DNA of 64,000 nucleotides from Minisyncoccota bacterium (GTDB lineage Bacteria; Patescibacteriota; Minisyncoccia; Phycocordibacterales; JABAAK01), in NCBI GenBank assembly GCA_965222235.1, contig OZ244939.1, positions 184,585 to 248,584 of the forward strand, written 5' to 3'. Under the pieces are notes generated by a model, which searched no databases, was not told where the DNA came from, and saw nothing but the letters and a program-made list of their open reading frames with translations. Shown here in pieces: positions 10,040 to 18,341 of the stretch. Numbering within the stretch: position 1 is the first letter of the stretch; each line of letters begins with the position of its first letter. Both the position numbers and the translations under genes were made by a program.

Positions 10040-10672
10040 TTACTGTTTTATCCTGAACGCATCTATCTTGGCATGGTGTCCTGATCGAAGCACCTCCGGT
10101 ACGGTATACTCCTTCCCGTCATACCTGACCGTTTCGGGGCGGGTATATACCCTGCTGCCGGCAATCCGGGCATCCTCACATGAGTGTTCGTTGCCCAACA
10201 CGCCGACCAGCCGACGCGCTACCGCGTCGGCAATCAACATTGCCGGAATCTCGCCACCGGTGAGCGTATAGGGGCCTACAGAAATTCTATCGGCCCCGGT
10301 TGCTTCCGCAACCCGCTCATCCATGCCTTCGTAGTGTCCACAAAGAAAAATGAGATTATCATACGTTGCATATGCTATCGCCCTTTCCTGCGTGAACAAA
10401 TCGCCTCCAGGAGTGAAGAATACCGCCTTCTTTGTTCCGGAGTGCATCGCCGCCTTATCATACGCACGCAACAGCGGCTCTGCCTGCAGAACCATGCCTG
10501 GGCCGCCGCCGTACGGACGGCTGTCGACCCGCTTAAGTTTCGGTACCTCATCAATGGGGTTATAGTAATGCACATCCAGAATACCGTTTTCTACCGCACG
10601 ACCTATAATGGAATGCTCAAAATACGGTTTGCAGATATCAGGAAACAGTGAAATGATGTGCACGGCTACCAT
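10040..10672 (-). CDS. trmD: tRNA (guanine-N1)-methyltransferase
   Basis: VDSRPYGGGPGMVL, LCGHYEGMDERV, TGGEIPA, VPEVLRSGHH. Confidence 0.97.
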   Translation of the reverse strand: MVAVHIISLFPDICKPYFEHSIIGRAVENGILDVHYYNPIDEVPKLKRVDSRPYGGGPGMVLQAEPLLRAYDKAAMHSGTKKAVFFTPGGDLFTQERAIAYATYDNLIFLCGHYEGMDERVAEATGADRISVGPYTLTGGEIPAMLIADAVARRLVGVLGNEHSCEDARIAGSRVYTRPETVRYDGKEYTVPEVLRSGHHAKIDAFRIKQ

Positions 10673-10679
10673 ACGGCTG

Positions 10680-10940
10680 TTATGCGCCTTCTTTGTCCGG
10701 TTCGTCTATAACTACGCTGACCTTAGCCTCGTGCTGACCGCCGTATGCGTGCATAATCGTTCTGATCGCGGTTGCCATACGACCCTGAGCGCCGATAACC
10801 TTTCCCATATCTCTCTTGTCAACGCTGAGAGTCAATTTGACACCCTGTTTATCAACCTCATGTTCAACGGTAACGTTGTCGGGGTTGTCTACAACTTTTT
10901 GAACAATCTCTTTCAGAAATTGTGCCTCTTCTTTTTCCAT
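10680..10940 (-). CDS. khpA: KH-domain RNA-binding protein
   Basis: DMGKVIGAQGRMATAIRT; canonical position after rpsP. Confidence 0.88.
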   Translation of the reverse strand: MEKEEAQFLKEIVQKVVDNPDNVTVEHEVDKQGVKLTLSVDKRDMGKVIGAQGRMATAIRTIMHAYGGQHEAKVSVVIDEPDKEGA

Positions 10941-10963
10941 ATTTTTTTGTACAAATTACTATT

Positions 10964-11470
10964 TTATCCTTCTTCGGAAGGATTTTTTTCGGGAGTCGGG
11001 GCGGCAACATCTGCCGGAGCCGCGTCTTCCTGCTGCTGTTTGGGTTCGGGAGCACCCGCCTGATCGGCAGACTCGTCTTTCCGCTCTTCGGCTGCCGGAG
11101 TCACATCTTTCTGCTCTTCGGGTGCGGGAGCATCTTCCTGAGCGGCGGTTTCATCCGACGGTGCTGTCGGTTGCTGCTCTTCGGTCGCCGATGCTATGGG
11201 ATGTTTCTTCGGTAGCGCATTTCTTTTTCTGCCCTCCAGCACATTGTTGGTAATAAGAATATTGTGCACCGTGTCAGACACCTGTGCTCCCTGAGACATC
11301 CAATAGAGTACCCGATCCTTGTCAATGGTTGTCTTTTTCCGAATCGTGTCACAGGTGCCGAGCAGGGCAACCGGATTCCCTTTTTTTGCTGCCGAGCGTG
11401 AGTCTACTGCCACAATTCTATACGATGGATTGTTCCTCCTCCCGATACGCTGTAATCGAATCTTTAACAT
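10964..11470 (-). CDS. rpsP: 30S ribosomal protein S16 with acidic C-terminal tail
   Basis: MLKIRLQRIGRRNNPSYRIV, WMSQGAQVSDTV. Confidence 0.96.
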   Translation of the reverse strand: MLKIRLQRIGRRNNPSYRIVAVDSRSAAKKGNPVALLGTCDTIRKKTTIDKDRVLYWMSQGAQVSDTVHNILITNNVLEGRKRNALPKKHPIASATEEQQPTAPSDETAAQEDAPAPEEQKDVTPAAEERKDESADQAGAPEPKQQQEDAAPADVAAPTPEKNPSEEG

Positions 11471-11487
11471 ACTACCTATATACGGAC

Positions 11488-11515
11488 ATACTACCTATGG
11501 ATATGATATTGTCAA
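11488..11515 (-). promoter_or_regulatory. Putative sigma70 promoter of rpsP (TTGACA-N16-TAGTAT)
   Basis: Perfect -35 at 11510-11515, -10 at 11488-11493. Confidence 0.6.
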
Positions 11516-11524
11516 CCGACCGCC

Positions 11525-12865
11525 TCAGTAGCTTTCCAATTTCTTCATAACCTGATTGGAGCGGAGCTTTTCAAGCGCCCGCGCCTCTATCTGCCGAACC
11601 CGCTCCCGGGTAACCCCCATTCTGTTCCCTATCTGCTCCAGAGTGTACTGAATTCCGTCAGTCATCCCGTGCCGCAATTCAATAACTTCACGTTCTCTCG
11701 GTGAAAGATTTTTAAGGATTGTCTGCACCTGATTTTTGAGAATATCCTGCGCGACAATTGTATCCTGGGTTTCAGTTTCATGATCTTCTATGGTTTCGGA
11801 TATGGTAGTTGAACTGCCCTCATCCGTTCCGTCCAATGTCTGTTCAAGCTGCACGATATCCTGGGATATTCTCCGTATGGTGTGTATCTTTTCAGACTCA
11901 ACACCGAGCTCATCTGCAATTTCCTGTATGGTCGGCGTACGGCCCAGACTTTTTTCCAGCTGCACGGTGATCTTCTGATATTTCTGCGCCGTCTCCGACA
12001 TATGAACCGGTATGCGAATGGTGCGGGATTTATCCGCCAGTCCGCGGACGATTGACTGCCTGATCCAGTGCGTCGCATAGGTTGAAAACTTGAAGCCGTA
12101 TCCCGGATCAAACTTATCCACAGCCCGATACAGCCCTTCTGCGCCCTCCTGCACCAGGTCCAGCAGACTCAAATCCCGATTCCTGCTTCTGCCGGCATAG
12201 TTTTTTGCAATTGAAACAACCAGGCGAAGGTTCGCGAGGGCGAGCCTGCTTCTCGCCTCGGCGCCTTCCGCAAGTATTTTCCTCCGTTCGCCCGGCGTGA
12301 GTTTCCTTCTGGTTTTTTTCTCAAGCAGTTTCTTTCGTTCAATAATTTTCTGCCCGAGCTCCTGCTCCTCTTTTGCGCTCAAAAGCGGATATTTACCGAT
12401 ATCGCGCAGATACATTTGGACAGAGTCATAGGCACTCGGATCAAGCTCGGGGAATCTCGGATCCGATGCTATTGCAACCTCCTTAAGCAGACCTTCGGTC
12501 TCAACGACATCAATACAGTTATTCTTAAGGATATCGTAGATACATCGCCATATGTCATTGCTTTCATCGCATTCGTCCATCGTGACATGCTCCAGGATAA
12601 TATCAGAAGTGGCATATCCGAGCCCCTTACATTTCTTCACCATATCCCGTATACCGCGTCTGTACTTAATGGGAATTGCGCTGTACAACTCCTTTTCTTG
12701 TTTTGCGGTGTCAATAATTGCCTCCACACTTTTCTTTGTGCCTCTTTTTTTGGATGCTGCCCTCTTCTTAACTGCCGTTTTCTTTTTTACAACTTTCTTT
12801 GTCGTTTTCTTCTTTGCCTTCACGGCAATCTTGCTTTTTTTTACAGAAGTTTTTTTACTAACCAT
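11525..12865 (-). CDS. rpoD: Primary sigma factor (sigma70 family, group 1)
   Basis: DSVQMYLRDIG, ANLRLVVSIAK, DLVQEG, KFSTYA, RTIRIPVHM, TRERVRQIE; follows dnaG. Confidence 0.95.
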   Translation of the reverse strand: MVSKKTSVKKSKIAVKAKKKTTKKVVKKKTAVKKRAASKKRGTKKSVEAIIDTAKQEKELYSAIPIKYRRGIRDMVKKCKGLGYATSDIILEHVTMDECDESNDIWRCIYDILKNNCIDVVETEGLLKEVAIASDPRFPELDPSAYDSVQMYLRDIGKYPLLSAKEEQELGQKIIERKKLLEKKTRRKLTPGERRKILAEGAEARSRLALANLRLVVSIAKNYAGRSRNRDLSLLDLVQEGAEGLYRAVDKFDPGYGFKFSTYATHWIRQSIVRGLADKSRTIRIPVHMSETAQKYQKITVQLEKSLGRTPTIQEIADELGVESEKIHTIRRISQDIVQLEQTLDGTDEGSSTTISETIEDHETETQDTIVAQDILKNQVQTILKNLSPREREVIELRHGMTDGIQYTLEQIGNRMGVTRERVRQIEARALEKLRSNQVMKKLESY

Positions 12866-12979
12866 AAAAGAGAGTACGGCACGCGGGAGTGCAGTGATAT
12901 ATAAAAAGAATCATACCATACATTCCTCCTGTACGGCAATGGTATGGGGATAGCGTGAAAACATGCCGATATATACACC

Positions 12980-14602
12980 CTATCCCATATCGCTTTCCCT
13001 GATTTTCTTGAGTTCAAGGCTTTTGTTAATCTCCCGTTCCAGCCGCGACAGCATATCGCGCAATTCATCCTGTATGCATGTAAAGCGGGTGTCCGGATTG
13101 GAAAACCCTTCTTCATACTCAACCGCAAGAATCCGCTCATCACTCTCCGGAAGATGCACGTTGTCAGCAACGGCGGCAATCCGCTCCTGAAGAGATTCGT
13201 CAACAGTGATGTTGTGCAGCACGAGATAGTCGCGCGCGCCGGCAACGCTCGTCGCCAGTTCCGCCAGTCGTTTCTCGCTGTTTTTCCGTTCGGACCGCTT
13301 CTGTTCTTGGCGCTCTTTCACCGCCTTCACCTGTTTCGGACGGCGCGCAGGAACTTTCTGCTGCGCCAGCTGCACACTTTCCTCAATTGCTTCCCGGCTC
13401 ACCGAACAAAACGAGGCGGTTTCCTGTATTGTCCTGTCGCGAATGAGCGGATCCTGTATGTGAACAATGATCGGAATCAGTTCCTCTTTAACACCGCGGA
13501 GCGTGTCTTCGGGAAGTTTCCCGTACGTGTCCGTAATGTGCTTAAAGATGAACGCCACGGACGGCATGGCATCCTTAACTGCCGCCTTAAACTCCCGCGG
13601 ATCCCGGGCGATGATGTCGGCGGGGTCCATGCTCTCGGGCAACACCACAACTTTAACATCCATACCGATACTAAACGCCAGCGTGATGACACGAAGTGTC
13701 GCCCTGACCCCCGCACCGTCGCTGTCAAGTGCGATGAGAAGGCGGTTTGACAGCCGCTGAAGCTGCCGGAGATGGTTCTGGGTTACGGCGGTGCCGGAAG
13801 ACGCAACGGCAACGGGATATCCCGCCTGATGTACCATGACTGTATCAATGACACCCTCGGTTAATATTGAAAAATTGTTTCTGCGGATATGCTGCTTTGC
13901 CGTGTGCAGGCCGTAGAGAAATGTTGACTTATGAAACAGCGGCGACTCCGGCGAGTTTATATACTTTGCTCCCGTTTCTTTCTTATATTCCCGGCCGGAA
14001 AAGCCGATGACTCTATGTTGCGTGTCATGGAACGGAAAGACAATTCTGTCGCGAAACCGGTCATAGATGTTTTTTTCCTTTCGGATACACATACCTGTCT
14101 GTATATGATTCTCCATATGAGCTGTCTGCGGCGTGCAGATGGTGTGCCAGGCATCAGGCGCGTAACCGATGCCCCACTGCTTGATTGAGGCTGCTGATAT
14201 GCCACGCGTTGTCAGATGACTGACAACATCATCGCTCATTTGTTCGCGATACAGCGCTGCCGCGTGTTCTAAAACATGGTACAGTGAAGCGGTGTGCTGT
14301 TTGGGCGTATGTCCGGCGGTAATATCTATCCCCGCCTTCTCCGCAAGAATCTTGAGTGCCTCTCTGAAATCAACCCCCTCCATTTCCTGAACGAATGAAA
14401 ACACATCGCCGCCTTTCTGTGTTGAGAAACAGTAGTACACACCGCCCTCGGGATCTACAAAAAAGGAGGGGGTCTTTTCGTTACTGAACGGAGAGAGCCC
14501 CTTCATCCTCCTGCCCGCGGACTGCAGAGTCGTATATTGCGACACTAAGCTGACCATGTCCGTAGCCTCCCGGACTGATTCTTTTACCGTATTCGAATCC
14601 AT
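12980..14602 (-). CDS. dnaG: DNA primase
   Basis: EKTPSF, FRDRIVFP, KYINSPE, TOPRIM EG..D and DSDGAG, DPAD; start at 14602 lies 7 nt after TGGTAGAAT. Confidence 0.96.
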   Translation of the reverse strand: MDSNTVKESVREATDMVSLVSQYTTLQSAGRRMKGLSPFSNEKTPSFFVDPEGGVYYCFSTQKGGDVFSFVQEMEGVDFREALKILAEKAGIDITAGHTPKQHTASLYHVLEHAAALYREQMSDDVVSHLTTRGISAASIKQWGIGYAPDAWHTICTPQTAHMENHIQTGMCIRKEKNIYDRFRDRIVFPFHDTQHRVIGFSGREYKKETGAKYINSPESPLFHKSTFLYGLHTAKQHIRRNNFSILTEGVIDTVMVHQAGYPVAVASSGTAVTQNHLRQLQRLSNRLLIALDSDGAGVRATLRVITLAFSIGMDVKVVVLPESMDPADIIARDPREFKAAVKDAMPSVAFIFKHITDTYGKLPEDTLRGVKEELIPIIVHIQDPLIRDRTIQETASFCSVSREAIEESVQLAQQKVPARRPKQVKAVKERQEQKRSERKNSEKRLAELATSVAGARDYLVLHNITVDESLQERIAAVADNVHLPESDERILAVEYEEGFSNPDTRFTCIQDELRDMLSRLEREINKSLELKKIRESDMG

Positions 14603-14631
14603 CACCCCCATTCTACCATCCGGCGGTCATT

Positions 14632-17600
14632 TCACTTTTTTACAGCCGCATCGTCGGCCTCCTCTTTCTCCGCTATCCGCTGTGCGATATCATCACGAAT
14701 CTCCTTTACAATGTCATATTTTTTACTCCCCTCAAAGCCGCTGCCGATCGGAACCAGGCGGCCGACAATAACGTTCTCCTTCACGCCGTCCAACGTGTCC
14801 TTTGTGCCGTTCATCGCCGCCCTGATGAGCACACTGGTGGTATTCTGGAATGATGCCGCTGAAAGAAAATTACTGCGCGACACGGCGATGTTGGTGATAC
14901 CCGACACGACATCTTCCGCCTTAATCAGCTGTTTACTCGTTTTTTCAAGTTGCTCGTTCATTTCAAAGAGTTCCCCGAATGCAATATATTCGCCGGCGGT
15001 ATAAGTGCTGTCGCCCGGATCGGTAATACTCAGCTTGCTGAACATTTGGCGGATCATGATTTCAAAATGCACGGATGCGATGCTGATGTTCTGCAGTTCA
15101 TACACCTTTGTTATCTCCCGAAAGATATACTCACGGGTCGCCTCTTTTCCGGCATACTTCAGAAGTTCCTGCAGATTGGCGGTTCCGTCAGTCAGAAACT
15201 GCCCTTTCTTCACTTCATCACCAACCGCAACTTCAATATACCGGAACGGAGCGACCGTGTATTTTTTGTCGGCCGCTGAAGCTTTCTTGGAGCCGGGGTT
15301 GATATATATCGTGTGGCTGCCGTTGCTGTGCGATTCAATCTTTTCAACCGTGCCGTCAACATGTGATATAGCTACGGGAGTTTTCGGCATACGACATTCA
15401 AACACCTCCGTCACCCGGGGAAGCCCGGATGTAATATCACCGCCTGCGACGGCACTTCCCCGGTGAAATGTACGCATAGTGAGCTGTGTACCCGGCTCGC
15501 CGACCGACTGAGCTGCGATAGTGCCGACCGGCTCGCCGATATCAACAACCTTGCCCGTTGACTTGTCCTCGCCGTAGCACCTCACACACACACCCTGCGC
15601 ATACTGGCAGGACACCGGAGAACGCACCTTGACGGACACGATACCCTCATCCTGATCTATTGTATTCGCCAGATCAAGATCAATATATTGATTTTTCTTC
15701 ACCACGACCGCACCGTCTGTCCCGGTAACTTCTTCCGCGGCATATCTGCCGCGTACGCGCTCCCCGAACGGAATAACAATGCCCGACGCAGTCTCACGAT
15801 ACAGGCGGAAACCGCGCGTTGTACCGCAATCGCTTCTTTCAATCTTAATCTCATGCGCAACGCTGAAAAGTTTCCGCGAAAGGTAGCCAGCCTCCCCTGT
15901 TTTGAGCGCGGTATCCGCAAGACCCTTACGCGCGCCGAATGAAGCGTTGAAATATTCAATTGAGGTGATGCCGTCTTTGAGACAGGATACCACCGGCTGC
16001 TCAATTGATTCGCCGGACGCCGATTCAACAATGCCGAACATGGAGGTCATATCACCCAAATCATCAAAAGAACCGCGCGCGCCCGATCGAATCATGTATC
16101 CTATGGATGAATCTTCGGAAATTTCCTTCTTCACCACATCTGAAAGATCGGCCTTGATTCTTTGCCACAAATCAATAGTTTTGCGTTTCCGTTCATCAAG
16201 CGATATATATCCCTCATCATATTCACCACGGACACGGTCCGCTTCAGCATATCCTTCCCGTATTTTTGCACCACGATCAACCGGCTGTTTCATGTCATCC
16301 CATGAGAATGTGATGCCCGACTTAGACGCGTATTTGAATCCGAAATCCTTAATAGGGTCAAGATGCTGCACCAGCACATCTCTGCCGAGCGTGTTGATAA
16401 TATTCTGAACAATTGCATTCAGGCCCTTTCTGGTAATTACCTCATTAACATACGGATATATCTTCGGCAGCCGCACATTAAAAAGCAGCCGACCGACTGT
16501 TGTTTCAAGCATTGTTCCTCCAAACCCTTTATATTTTTCTTTCTTTGACAAATACACTTTTACTTTTGTATGCAGGTCAACAATACCGAAGTCATATGCG
16601 GAGATAGCCTCGCTGGGGCTGCTGAAGTATCTGCCTTCGCCTTTTCCTCCTTCCTGCACCGTCGTTGCCCAGTGACAGCCGAGCAGAATATCCTGTGTCG
16701 CCGGTGAAATGTTAATATCACCGGATGCGGGTGTAATGATATTGTTCAGTGACGTCATAATATTCCTGGCCTCCGCCTGCGCCTCATCAGACAGGGGCAA
16801 ATGCACCACCATTGCATCGCCGTCAAAGTCCGCATTGTATGCCGAACACACCAGCGGATGCAGCTCTATGGCGAGTCCTTCAATGAGAATCGGCTTAAAT
16901 GCCATGATACTCTGCCGGTGCAGTGTGGGCGGACGATTGAGCAGCATATATTTCCCTTCAACAACTGATTCCAGTATCTCCCAGACGATCGGCGCCTCTG
17001 TTTCAATAATGCGCTGTGCGCCGCGGACATTGTACGCCAGTTCCCGGCTCAGTATTTCACTTATGACAAACGGGCGAAATATTTCCAGCGCCATACTCTT
17101 CGGCAGGCCGAACTCATCCAGCTTCAGATGCGGTCCGCTGACAATAACTGTTCGTCCGGTAAAGTCAACCCGCTTTCCGAGCAGATTTGTCCTGAAGTAG
17201 CCGGTCTTGCCGCCGAGATACTCTGATATTGATTTCAGCTGCCGTGACTGCCCGCGCCCGGAAAAGGTACTCCGGTTGAGCGTATTTTTCTCAAACAACG
17301 CGTCAACTGCCTCCTGCAGGAGCCGTTTTTCCGTATTGATAAATATCTGAGGCGTTTTGGTGGCAATAAAATCTTTCAGGCGATTGTTTCTGATGATGAC
17401 AGTGCGGTAAAGGTCGTTAAGATCGGAGCTTGCCGGCTGACCGCCGTCAAGCAGAAGAACGGGACGGATACCCGGAGGTATCACCGGCAGCCGCGTCAGA
17501 AACATCCACTCAGGGCGGTTGCCCGACTGAATGAACGAACGGATGAGCAGCAGCTGTTTCTGCAGCTTCTCCTGCCGCATTTTGGTCGTATCTTTCAGCT

Positions 17601-18315
17601 CCTTTATGATTTCTTTTTCCTTCGCCTTCAGATCAAAATTCTTCAGCAGATTATAGACAACCTCGCCGCCCTTCTCCGCCTTAAAAAGTCCGGGAAATTG
17701 TTTGCTGAACCGTTCATATTTCACCTCCTCAATAATGGAATCCCGCTGAACAAGCTTGAGCTCCTGAACACGGTCGGCATACAGCGTTCCGAGCATGGTG
17801 CGGGTCTCGTCCCGCTCCGCCTTCTTAATCTTTTCATCAAATTCTTTTTTGATATCCGATTCCAGGTTCTTCCTCTTTGCCTCGTTCACCTCGGTGATGT
17901 AGTACGATGAAAAGTACACCACATTCTGCACCTGCTGGGGCGGCAGACCGAGCAGCGTCGCAACGCGTGACGGAACCTTGCGCAGATACCAGAAGTGTGC
18001 AATCGGAACGGCGAGATCAATATGTCCCATCCGCTCGCGCCGCACCAATGCCCGGGTCACCTCAACACCGCAGTTGTTGCATTCTATACCCTGATACTGC
18101 ATCCCCTTATACTTGCCGCAGCTGCACTGGAAATCGGCCTCAGGTCCGAATATTTTTTCACAAAAGAGACCGTCCCGTTCGGATTTCTGCGTCCGATAGT
18201 TTATCGTCTCGGATTTCTTCACTTCGCCGAATGACCACGACAGCACGTCCTCAGGAGAGGCAAGATGAATGTTCAATGAATCAAAGCGCTGCGTTTTTTT
18301 GATTACTTTTTTCAT
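14632..18315 (-). CDS. rpoC: RNA polymerase beta' subunit
   Basis: GLFCEKIFGP zinc finger, LLGKRVD, NADFDGD, GEPGTQLTMRTFH, GLPRV. Confidence 0.98.
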   Translation of the reverse strand: MKKVIKKTQRFDSLNIHLASPEDVLSWSFGEVKKSETINYRTQKSERDGLFCEKIFGPEADFQCSCGKYKGMQYQGIECNNCGVEVTRALVRRERMGHIDLAVPIAHFWYLRKVPSRVATLLGLPPQQVQNVVYFSSYYITEVNEAKRKNLESDIKKEFDEKIKKAERDETRTMLGTLYADRVQELKLVQRDSIIEEVKYERFSKQFPGLFKAEKGGEVVYNLLKNFDLKAKEKEIIKELKDTTKMRQEKLQKQLLLIRSFIQSGNRPEWMFLTRLPVIPPGIRPVLLLDGGQPASSDLNDLYRTVIIRNNRLKDFIATKTPQIFINTEKRLLQEAVDALFEKNTLNRSTFSGRGQSRQLKSISEYLGGKTGYFRTNLLGKRVDFTGRTVIVSGPHLKLDEFGLPKSMALEIFRPFVISEILSRELAYNVRGAQRIIETEAPIVWEILESVVEGKYMLLNRPPTLHRQSIMAFKPILIEGLAIELHPLVCSAYNADFDGDAMVVHLPLSDEAQAEARNIMTSLNNIITPASGDINISPATQDILLGCHWATTVQEGGKGEGRYFSSPSEAISAYDFGIVDLHTKVKVYLSKKEKYKGFGGTMLETTVGRLLFNVRLPKIYPYVNEVITRKGLNAIVQNIINTLGRDVLVQHLDPIKDFGFKYASKSGITFSWDDMKQPVDRGAKIREGYAEADRVRGEYDEGYISLDERKRKTIDLWQRIKADLSDVVKKEISEDSSIGYMIRSGARGSFDDLGDMTSMFGIVESASGESIEQPVVSCLKDGITSIEYFNASFGARKGLADTALKTGEAGYLSRKLFSVAHEIKIERSDCGTTRGFRLYRETASGIVIPFGERVRGRYAAEEVTGTDGAVVVKKNQYIDLDLANTIDQDEGIVSVKVRSPVSCQYAQGVCVRCYGEDKSTGKVVDIGEPVGTIAAQSVGEPGTQLTMRTFHRGSAVAGGDITSGLPRVTEVFECRMPKTPVAISHVDGTVEKIESHSNGSHTIYINPGSKKASAADKKYTVAPFRYIEVAVGDEVKKGQFLTDGTANLQELLKYAGKEATREYIFREITKVYELQNISIASVHFEIMIRQMFSKLSITDPGDSTYTAGEYIAFGELFEMNEQLEKTSKQLIKAEDVVSGITNIAVSRSNFLSAASFQNTTSVLIRAAMNGTKDTLDGVKENVIVGRLVPIGSGFEGSKKYDIVKEIRDDIAQRIAEKEEADDAAVKK

Positions 18316-18341
18316 ATACTATACGGTGTTGTTATTAAATG

